Source of the DNA: Camelus ferus
Lineage: Eukaryota
DNA length: 64,000 bases
Direction of reading: 5' to 3'
Assembly (NCBI RefSeq): GCF_009834535.1
Contig: NC_045697.1
Location: forward strand, 78,804,001-78,868,000
The notes under the pieces were generated by a model. That model saw only the letters and a list, made by a program, of their open reading frames with translations, did not search any database and was not told the DNA's origin. Below are positions 54,020 through 64,000 of this stretch, piece by piece. The stretch's first letter is position 1; each line of letters starts with the position of its first letter. Made by a program: the position numbers and the translations under genes.

Positions 54020-55255
54020 AGGAAGATGAATCAAAAAGGCCCAGAGAACTGCGGGCAAAAAAGAGAAAAAGAACACCAGAAAGAAAAAGAAACTGGCCTC
54101 TCACGAGATGACCTTGGCCAACAATAATATAATTTTCTTTCTGGTAATATCCTCTAGGCTATTGTAGGCATTAATAAAAAGCATACAAGGCACAAGTGAG
54201 GTAACAACGTGAACAGCAATCAGGAAGAATTAGAACATTAAGGAAGAGTTGCCAATTAGTTGGTTTGGGTGAATAAAGAAGAAAAATATATATTGGGACA
54301 TGACAAGAATTCAAAAGGAAAGTTAGGAGCTAGATCACGGAGAATGCTGCACTCTAAGTCAAACTACATGAGCATCTTTCCTTTCAACTTTCTTAAATAT
54401 CTTTTTTTTTATTATTCCATTATTTCTACAGTCTTACTCAAGGACAATGAAATTACAACATGAAAATCTTGAGTGAAATTTACTGATGATAGCATACTTT
54501 CAGTGAATATTAAAAATAAAATCAAGTATCAGAGAAGAAGGATGCACTTTCCAAGGACTGCTAGAATATTTTCTTACCCTTATGTCTGGCATAACATTTC
54601 ACAGGCACACATTAAACTATTAATTCCAGTGATCACAAAACAAGTGGCAATTTGAGCACACATAAGATTTAGTTAGGATATGTTTTTAAAGGTTTTTACC
54701 ATTAGTGTGCTCTCAGACAATAACAGTTTCTCTGTGATGTGGTCTATCTCAGATCAAAGTTTCCAGGTGTCTTTACAAAACTATATGTAATCATCTATCC
54801 AGAGATCTCTTCATTTCTGTGACAGAAGTCTGCCTTTCAGATGTGTCACAATCACTTAACCGTGACTCACAACCACTCCACGTGGATACCTCCATGAAAC
54901 TGATCATTGTTTACAAGGCTTTGGAACCAGGCTAGTTCCTCACAGCCTCTGTGTCATTGTTATCTATCACATAACAATAAGACAGTAAGTACATAAATTC
55001 ATTTTGTTTCAAGTGTTACTAAGGACAGGAGAGCTCAAATAGTCTATAAGGTATTCTCCCAACTGGGTATTTTCTAGTGACATATCATGGCCCTCCTTGT
55101 TGACACTTCCTCGTAAAACATTCCCAATATAGATGTCTGTGTCCAAGGTCATGATTCAAACGGGCTTAAGCAGAGAACTGCTTGAAAAAAAAAGGGGTTT
55201 TGTCTTATCATTCTCTGTATCTGTGATGCCTAAGGCAACTAGTAGATAGCAATTT

Positions 55256-55365
55256 CTTTTTTTTTAATTAAATTAATTTATTTTTTAACAGAGGCACTGG
55301 GGATTAAACCCAGGACCTCTTGCATGCTAGGCATGTGCTCTATCACTGAGCTATACCCTCACCCC
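55256..55365 (-). mobile_element. tRNA-derived short SINE (camelid Vic-1-like)
   Basis: Reverse complement GGGGTGAGGGTATAGCTCAGTGATAGAGCACATGCCTAGCATGCAAGAGGTCCTGGGTTTAATCCCCAGTGCCTC plus A-rich tail. TSD AGCAATTT at 55248-55255 and 55366-55373. Confidence 0.9.
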
Positions 55366-56899
55366 AGCAATTTTTGATTTTCATTTCAGCTTTGCAAATC
55401 AGAAATATCTTCTCCAACGACTATGCTCATGCACTAGAAATGGAACTTAAAAAGGAAAAATAAAAGCAAGAGCTAGGTAATATTTTTCATAAGGTTTTTA
55501 AAAAAGTAAATGACCCATAAGAATCCATCCTCAGTGGCTTTCTCTCATCCACTTACATATGGTTAGCCTCTGCAAAGCCTGGTATGTCATGGGCCTAGCA
55601 TGAACTTCAGAGTGTGGGTAGCTATCATCTGTAAATACACTGCACTGCCCCAGAATTAATTTCTCTAACACTACTGAAAGTTTTGTGGTTGTGCATGTTT
55701 ATTACCAACAGGTTTAAATGTCAGCCTTGGTTTATTTTCCACCAAAGTCATTTTATAGCATGTTTTTTGCCTCCATAAGGATTATCATCAAATTAAACCA
55801 ATATGAACAATAAAAAATAAAGAAAAGAAAAGGAAGCTGATGTGGATAAGCTTAACCAAAGTTGCCAAAGGCAACAAAAGGTAAAAATATAGATGCCACT
55901 TGAGTCACCTTCCCTTTCTGTTTCTCTGCCCACTCCTCCCCTTTCTTCAAGGATTTCCATGAATTAATTATACTAAAGAGACTAATGCAATAATGCCCTG
56001 ATGCTTGTTCTTTGGAAGCATGAGCATCAATTACAGCTGTGCAAATTTTTAAAAGGCTTCATCTGAGAGATTAGCTAAAGCAGAGATGCAAAACTTTAAA
56101 AAAGAATACTTTTTAGAAAAATAGACAAGTAAATAAAAGTAGAACTTAACCATCTAAGGAAATTACAAAATTAGTAGATTGTTTGATATTTTTCTTCATA
56201 TCCTTTAATCAACAACACGATAGTTGACTATAAACATGCAGGCTACTGTTGACCAAAATGCAGAATAAAAATCTAGTTTAATTTGAAGCAAGAAGGTGAA
56301 TAGGCAAAATTTTATTTAAGAAATCCTTTGGTTAAATTCATCAGAATTAAATAAGATTCTTCTCCTGTTTGTATCTCCCTTTGATCTTTTGCTACCCTTA
56401 AAACAAATTATTATGATTTCCTATTACTGAAATAGTATATGTCCTTTAGACAACATTCAACATGAGAAAGTTCTGCATGTCTCTATATTAACACTTACCA
56501 ATTATATTGGCACATTTATATGACTCCCTCTCCATAATATAAGTTCTTCTAGCCAGAAACAGAAACTTTGAGCCTCCAGTGCCTTAAACAGTAAACAGCA
56601 CATCTTAAAGGCTTAACATATGTTTTTTGTTATACAAATAAAAATACCTACAAGTCTATCACTAAGAGTTATTTACTTATATTTTGCTATACTCTTAATT
56701 TTTATTTAATTATTTCTAGATCACTCTTTTAAGTTGGAAAATAATTCTAAAAACTTTTTATAAGAGAACTCTAACATTCAAAAAGCCCTCAAGAGTCAAA
56801 CAAAAAAACCTCAAGTGGTAGAAATGAAGATCCTATAAAAGGAAGATATTTCAGAAAGCCAGAGAACTTACTCTCATTGCTAAAACTGTGGCAACCACT

Positions 56900-59708
56900 A
56901 TGCCACTTCCTTGTAATGTTACCCCTCTGCAATTAAGATAAGGAATCAAGATTCTCACTATAAGAGAAAAGAGATACAATATATAATTCAGGAAGGTAAG
57001 GAAGAGACATGTTATATTAAATGTGAATGGAAAATATCAGTATGGGCTCAGGCTTTTTTTATATGTTTTCTAGCTCTATTCACTAGAAGGATGTAGAAAC
57101 AATAACATCTCTGTAACATTAAGCACATTTTGTGTTCAGATCTTATATTCTAAACACCATCTTGTATTCCACTAAAAAAAAACCAGAGAAACTTGGAGAA
57201 ATGCTTATTCCAGGTATAAGTCAGGGAAAATAGTGAGTGGAATCTGAGAAATCTTCTTGCACTAGTAAAAGAAAAATACTCAGAGACTAGTGGGGTTGTA
57301 TTAGTTATCTGTTGCTGCAAAACAAATTACTCCTAAACATATGGCCTTAAAACAGTAAGTATTAATTATCTCCTCACTCAGTGAGTCAGGAAATCTGAGG
57401 GTGGCTTAGCTGGGTCCTCTGACTCTCGCAAGGCTGCAAGGAAGTTGTCATTCAGGCTGCAGTCCTCTCAGGCTCATCTGGGGGAGGAGTCATTTCTAAC
57501 CCACTGATGTGTCTGTTGACAATACTTGCTTCTTCATGGGCTGTTGTACTTAAAGCTTAAGTTCCTTGCTGACTGATAGGTTTCCTTCCATTTCTAGCCA
57601 TGTGGGCTTCCTCATAGTAAAGCTGAGAACATTGTACTTGGCTTCCATTAGTTGTTAGCAAACAAGAGAGTAAGAGAGAATATCATGACAGAAGCCACAG
57701 GCTTTCCATAACCTAATCTCAGACAGGACATACCATCACTTTTGCTCTATTCTATTTGTTAGAAGTGAGTCACTAGGTCAAGCCATACCCAAAGCGGGGA
57801 GGATTATGTAAGGGCATGGATATTAGGAAGCAGAGATCTAATGGCTGCCTTTCACAGAGATCATGTCAGAGGCCAAAGGAACAAGCTTGAATGGGCTCCA
57901 ATTGAACTGGCTATTTAGGACAATTTGATCATCAATAATGATGACTATAATAATATATTATGATGCAATGAATTAAAAAAAAATACCATGAGTCTAGAGT
58001 TATTAGAAAAAGTGGGGGAAAATTTTTAAGTGAGAGAAATGTATTATTTGGACTCGGGTTGCCATTTTAAATAGAAAATCTAGACTTCTTTTTTGAAAAC
58101 TCACAATTTGTCTTTTACAATTCTATATTTCACCAAGCCTCTATGGAAATTTTACACATATATTTGATACAATAAAAATTTGGGTTTATCTCTTAAAAAA
58201 AAGAAAACAAAATATGGGAGGTGGAAGGGAGGAAGTCTTATGTGTGAAAGAATGTTATCTAATGAATACAAAAGAAATGATAAAATTAGAAAGTCACCAT
58301 TTTGTAAGCCTTTCCAATGTAATAAATAAACAAAGATCATCAAAAGGAGCTAAAACCAGAGTGAAATGTAGTTGTATAACAATGCAGCCACACAGTGCCA
58401 AAATTTCATCTAACAGAAGAGTAAATATTAATATATTAATAATAAATATTAATAGATTAATAATAATAAATTAAATGTTAATTAATAAGAGAAAAAGTAT
58501 GTCCTTTTCAATACTAATTCTGATGGTCAGCATCTTAGCCAAGCACTAATAGTGGGACAACTTTATATTATATGCATCCTGATACAATGTAATGCAAAAT
58601 ATGGATCACCACCCATGAAATCTTGCCATAAATGTTTAAAATTAATCTAATCCAGCTTTCAGACCAAATATCCAAATTACAGGAAATATAGGAGATACAG
58701 GAACAAATTAAATGAAACCATGAGGAAGCAACCGGACAAACCTACAATGTGTGACATCCAAGAGAAAATTACCCTGGACTCTTCAAAAGTCACCGCCAGG
58801 AGGTAAAAATAAAAGAATGGAGGGCTGTTGTAGATAAGACTAAACAGAGATCAAAACCAAATGCAACGTGTGAGCCCTGACTGGGTCGTGCATAAGAAAA
58901 AATAAACTGCTTAGGTCTCTTTGGGGGATGCCACCCAAAGAGATCACAGATACATAGTACTGGGATAGAAAATAAAGCTTACTGAGTGGAAGATTTAAAT
59001 CAGAGAAATAACAGAATGTATGTACTCCCCATAACCTTTATAATCTCACAATTTAGGCTGTGCGAAGCTGACCTCTAACTGCCTGGCCTATGTGCAGTAA
59101 AGGGCCCTTCTCTACTGATAAGGCTGTACACATTTACAGTGTGTAGCTTGGGCAGGAATGATCTATGCAACTATGCAACACTGCAAGTTCCCAGGATGAG
59201 GATACGGTCTCATTAGAAGTATGGAGCCTACAAAGGCCAATGGTTGGTATCAACCTCTTCTTCCACGAAACTAATTTAGACTTGCTGAGAAGTTCTCTGC
59301 TAAGCTACTGCAAAGAACCTCCAAGAGCATCTGAGGAGCTCACTGGGAGACAACTGGAGAAATTTTTAAATGAACTAAAAATTAAGTAAGATTGTTGAAT
59401 TACCATAAATTTTCTTAAGTGTGATGACAGTTCTATGGTTATGTATGAGAAAGTCCTTTATTCTTAGGAAATGCATGCTGAATTATCCACAGGTAAAATG
59501 GCATGACATCTGCAACTTATTTTCAAACAGTTTTTTTTTTTTTTAAGTGGGTGTGTAGAGAGAGAGAGACAGACAGAAAGACAGGGAAATAAAATGGGTC
59601 AAAATGTTAGCAATCACAGAATCTCGGTGAAGGGTATATGAGTATTCATTGTACTATTGTTTATACTTCCCTGGAGTCTTAAAATTTGCAAAGTAAAAAG
59701 TTGAAAGA
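56900..59708 (+). mobile_element. L1MC-like 3'UTR fragments, interrupted by the MLT1 and an unclassified insert
   Basis: CTCTATTCACTAGAAGG, AAACCAAATGCAACGTGTGA, TTCTTAGGAAATGCATGCTGAA, and GGTGAAGGGTATATGAGTATTCATTGTACTATT terminal motif. Confidence 0.75.
57297..57856 (-). mobile_element. MLT1 (ERVL-MaLR) LTR inserted in an L1MC-like element
   Basis: TGTATTAGTTATCTGTTGCTGC...GGCTTAGCTGGGTCCTCTG...TTAGAAGTGAGTCACTAGGTC...GGCTGCCTTTCACA. Confidence 0.85.
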
Positions 59709-60978
59709 AAATGAGGATTGTCTTAACTCTTGAGTAAATTAGAGGTAAATTAACAAACAATATGAAAACATGCTTTTTAGTTCTCTTCTAATTAAAAAAA
59801 TCAGTAATCTAGACCTAGAAGCAGAAGCTGGCCTGCTGATGCAAATAATTGACCTTTGGAAGCTGGATTAAACTATTCAAGACAAGTTTGCTCCGAGAAC
59901 ACTGAAATGAGGCTATAGCAAATAATATGCTCATGGGAAAATTTTATCTAGAGGTCATTTTGAATCTCTTCTTGCTACTTCTAATTTAAAATGTATCTAT
60001 TATACAGAGTTGGCATATTGGCTATTTGACCAGTAGGATGTGACATTAGTCCATCAAAATCTGAGATAAAAACCACTGTCATTGAAAAGCACTTCTCTTA
60101 ACTATAATAACGTTTATTCTTCTAATATAGTAGATATTCTTTTCTATTTATTGCTAAGACTTCATTTGTTAAACTAAGGCTTTTGTTAAGTAACATAAGA
60201 TACTGGTCCAAGAAACCAATTAAGGGAATAAAAGAAGAATGTTTCACTTGCAGCTCTTCTCTGACTTTCTATGAATATTTCTTCAGTGCTTAGGGATTAA
60301 AGCAGATTTTATTGTCCTATCTAACTTCTCCACTGTGACCTTCTTCTCCCTATTGCCTAATAAACATCAGCTTCAATTGAATATCTGAGCTGCCTAGGAA
60401 ATAGGAGTTACATTTAACCTCTCATTCTTTCTCTGATAGTCATGGGCGATGCCTATCTGCCTCTAAATCATTAGATAACACTCAGCACTGAAACTGGAAG
60501 AAGAAGCCCGTTGGAACTAAATTTAATGACACATGCAAAGCTCAGAAAGGTAGTGCTAGATACTAAAGCAAGACACCTACATTAATTTCTTCACCGTGAG
60601 AATGTTAATAAACCTAAAATCTGAGTTTTGGGAAAAGGAAACTAGTTAAACAGTTAATCATCACAGCCTTCAGAAAATAGCAGTACAAGTTTCTCTACGT
60701 AAGCTGACACATGCAGAAAAAATGCATTTGTTTTAAGCTATTTTGCCAAATCACTCTACAATTAACAAAACATAAATTACATAAATTAACATATATAACA
60801 GTTTAAAGTGATACAAAATTTAAAGAAAATTTTTTCTTAAAGCAAGAGAAAAGATGTTGGTATTACAGAGATCTGTTTTGACTATGTCTTTGACACTAAC
60901 TGTTCTCACCTGTGTATGGTTATTTAATATCTGCACTTGAGTTTCCTAATCTCTGTAAAATACGTATCAATTTCATTG

Positions 60979-61018
60979 TGAACAAAGGTACATGAAATGA
61001 ACAAAGGTACATAAAATG
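60979..61018. repeat. 19-bp tandem duplication in a MIR-like fragment
   Basis: TGAACAAAGGTACATGAAA followed by TGAACAAAGGTACATAAAA. Confidence 0.85.
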
Positions 61019-62294
61019 CTTGTTACAGAGCAAACCCTCAACAAATGCTAGTTTGTCACCAATTTCCCCAAATGATACATCAATATTGTATCTTTCTTTA
61101 CAAAAAAGATATTTTTTAAATTGTGGTGAATAGTCCATTTCCCAATTACATTTATAACTAAATTTGATTTCCAAAACTAAGTCTGGTCACAAATATGGGA
61201 ATGACTTTTTTTCTTTTATTAAGAAACAAAACGGTTTCTAATATTGATTTTTTTCTAAAGAAGAGTCTTCAAATATAATGAGTATTAACATGCAGTTCAG
61301 GTAAATCTGGTATGGTATTAACCTAATTAAACGTTTAGGTTTTTTATTATTATTTCTCAAAGACATGGCCAATTGTATCACTACTGAATAAAAACAAGAA
61401 CAACATTATGAAACTCTGTAAAGTGCATTATGGGAAAATGAAGAGACTAGTACCACAGTCTAATCAAAGGTGGATTCCTCCTCACAGAACAGCCAAGCCA
61501 AAGGGTCTCAGAGGGCTGGTCCTTCTGTTTGCATCACATTAATCAAGGTCTCGAGTCACTGGGTTTACAACCTTCTTAAATCCTGCATCCAATATTTCTC
61601 AATTTGATGCCATACCTCAAAAAAAAAAAAGATTCTTATAATAAATCCCAGTTCCTGCAGTGGAATGCCATTCTTCATTTTATGTCATCACTCTTCCTCA
61701 GGTTTTTTTTAATCATTGTGTTCAGTGCACAAAACAAGCACTATTTTAAACCAATGTACGAGTAGTGGCCCTGATACCTCTTGCCACTACTCATCTTTCT
61801 GTTTCCCATAGAATTGATAATCTCTTGACTCTATGACTCAAGACTGTTTTTAGATGATGAGATTTAAAAAAATTCAGTTTGGACACAGCTTAGAGATGCT
61901 AAACAAGAAAAATGAAATTTAAAATACATCCTTTAACACTGTTTTTCTAATCTTCCTGAAGAATGCTGGAGCTCTGATATCTACAGCATGTACTTATAAA
62001 CCAAACAAGACAAGAATATTTGGAGTTTTAACCACCTCACAGCCACTATTCTCAGAAGTACCCGCAAAAGGAAGACAAGAGAGCAGTGCTTTGAAAATAT
62101 GCATTTGTCCTTAAGGATGCATTCTCTGTTTCATTAGTTTCCACATCCTCTGGAGAAAGAAGTAGAGAATGTCTAAATTTTGTTTCAAGTTTAAACCCAT
62201 AAATTTGTCGATCTGAATTGCTGCTTTCTTCCCAAAGGCATTTGGAAAAAAATATTTTCCATATTGGTCACAAGCTAAATATGATCCCAGGCTA

Positions 62295-62299
<5 letters not shown>

Positions 62300-62329
<30 letters not shown>

Positions 62330-62330
62330 C
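62300..62330. repeat. (AAAAC)n simple repeat
   Basis: Directly visible. Confidence 0.9.
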
Positions 62331-64000
62331 CTCCGTTAAGGCTGAGGGAATACGGGTATGTGGCTCCCCCCAGTGACCACTGAGAATGTCGGCACAGTTC
62401 AGAGATAAAGTGCAGGGAAAGTGATGCTTTGAATTATTGCCAGCAAAAGCCCATTGTCCAATCTTCTTCACCACCTGGTAACAGCTGGTGTAGATGTCAA
62501 GACGAGATGAAAAATGGATAGAGGTCAAATCCAGGAGGACTTCTCTTGTATAGCAAATCAATTTAAAGCAACAAAAGTACCAAGATAAAATTTCCAAGAA
62601 CTTCTGAAGCTTAAAAACCATAGCTAAACTTTAGGGAGAAGGGATGGCAAAGAAGAAGACAGGAGCAAGCCTTCACTTCACACAGCATCTCGTTTAATAG
62701 CTTCAGATTTAGAAAAGCAGAGGAACTTTACCCCTGTAACACCAGGGGAGAAGCTAATACCAGCATATTCCCAAGCTGACATGCAATTTGGAATGGAAAC
62801 TAACACAATAAAAAAAGTTTTTTAATGTACAGAATATATTCCAGCTGAGAGTCTTCAATATCACAGCTCCCAGAGGTTCCAAGCAGTCACTCGGCAATTC
62901 ACAGCATCAGAATTTCTGGGCCTTGACCCAGGTTTCAACCACGCCTCACAAACAACATTGCCTTGGTTCTCTTGAGGGTTCAATCTTCATAGCAGCCTCT
63001 AAATTCAAAGCATAGTTTCTGAGAAGGGAAAATACTTTCAAACAATGAATGGAAGATATATCTGCCTTCCAAATTTATAATCCTGTATATTCACCAGCAC
63101 CGGACAGCCCACAAGCACTATGCACAGACAATTCACAACCACTGGTAACCAACCAACAAGTCTGACTCAATTCTGATAAGTCATCCCACCTCTTAAATGT
63201 GTCTCCTTAACTAATTCGTGCATAAAACTCCTCCTTGTCTTTGCCCTTATTCTGACTCCTTTCTTCCTCTGTTTTTCACCTGGTGTCTTCTCCCGAACGC
63301 AACCACCTCTACCAGGTCTCTCTGCCCTACCTCCAAATACTGTTCTTTTCTAGGTTTAGAGATTGACTCCTCTCTGACTTTTGTTTCCCTTAATCTTCTA
63401 ATGAATTTTCCTTAGCCTCCTGTTATTACTAACATGGGAAGCAGTCTGTTAAGGGATAAATTACTGAAGAGGCTCCACTACAGAGCATCCCAGAGTCACA
63501 GAGCCTAGAGCCCCAGAGGGTCTCAAAATATAATGTGACAGAGCCGTCAGCTTACAGGCTGTTAAGATGCCTCTTTGAATTTGTCAGATACTGAAACTGA
63601 GGCTTAAAGCAGGTAGTGTTTTGCCTGCTGACAATTACCCAGAATTTGCAGCTTCTTAAGACAGAATATTTCCCATTATAAACACCACCTCTTTACACAT
63701 AACAGCATGGGAAAAGTTTTGAGGAAAGGGTTAGGTTTTTCATACTCTTTGAGCACGGTCATCTAAAGAAAAAGCCACCTAACAATTCTTACTCTTGAAT
63801 CCCAGTGTTAGAAACAACCGACTTTTTAATCATAATCACTTTGTCTTTTACATTCTTCCTTTTTTCCCTTCACTTCAACAGGAAGAATTAGCCCTTTTTT
63901 GATAAATGTCTCTTCCCTGGTTATTGTGTATGAATACAAATATGTTTTCATTTTAAGTTATATTGTTTTCACCTGCCAGCTGTCCTGAAGAATTGCATCT

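Noticed and set aside
58420..58490. AT-only quasi-repeat
   Set aside because: Low-complexity expansion inside an old L1; no specific structure.
62111..62326. Minus-strand exon after a (GTTTT)n tract and AG
   Set aside because: The pyrimidine tract is a simple repeat, there is no good donor nearby, and the peptide is unrecognised.
1..64000. Short six-frame ORFs as genes
   Set aside because: All are 60-143 aa, many start at non-ATG codons or lie in repeats, and none matches a cellular protein I recognise. This is the expected background for mammalian non-coding DNA.
1..64000. Prokaryote-style novel system (operon, CRISPR, defence island)
   Set aside because: The sequence is mammalian and repeat-laden, with no long ORFs or repeat-spacer arrays.

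Overview
AT-rich, CpG-depleted mammalian genomic DNA, probably camelid (alpaca/llama/camel). That call rests on two ~100-bp tRNA-derived SINEs resembling the camelid Vic-1 type, cetartiodactyl-style L1 3' ends, and my not noticing Alu, B1, Bov-A or PRE-1 SINEs. I recognise no cellular protein-coding gene, rRNA, tRNA gene or CRISPR array. The ORF track is essentially noise, apart from decayed LINE-1 ORF2 C-terminal pieces and a MaLR gag-like remnant. The window reads as deep intronic or intergenic DNA full of interspersed repeats: L1 of several ages (some nested, with intact TSDs), L2, MIR, ERVL/MaLR LTRs, MER5, MER45 and Tigger DNA transposons. Best non-repeat signals: (i) a CpG-rich patch at 9.84-10.1 kb with clustered K50 homeodomain (OTX2/CRX/PITX-type) sites, followed by PAX-like sites; (ii) a possible minus-strand first exon at ~35.9 kb plus several minus-strand exon-shaped segments; (iii) a zero-spacer RE1/NRSE-like site; (iv) a local 66-69 bp duplication of an LTR fragment; (v) an unclassified ~430-bp insert within an old L1. 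I found no evidence for a novel multi-gene biological system. Repeat family names come from recognising consensus motifs by eye, and old-repeat boundaries are approximate.
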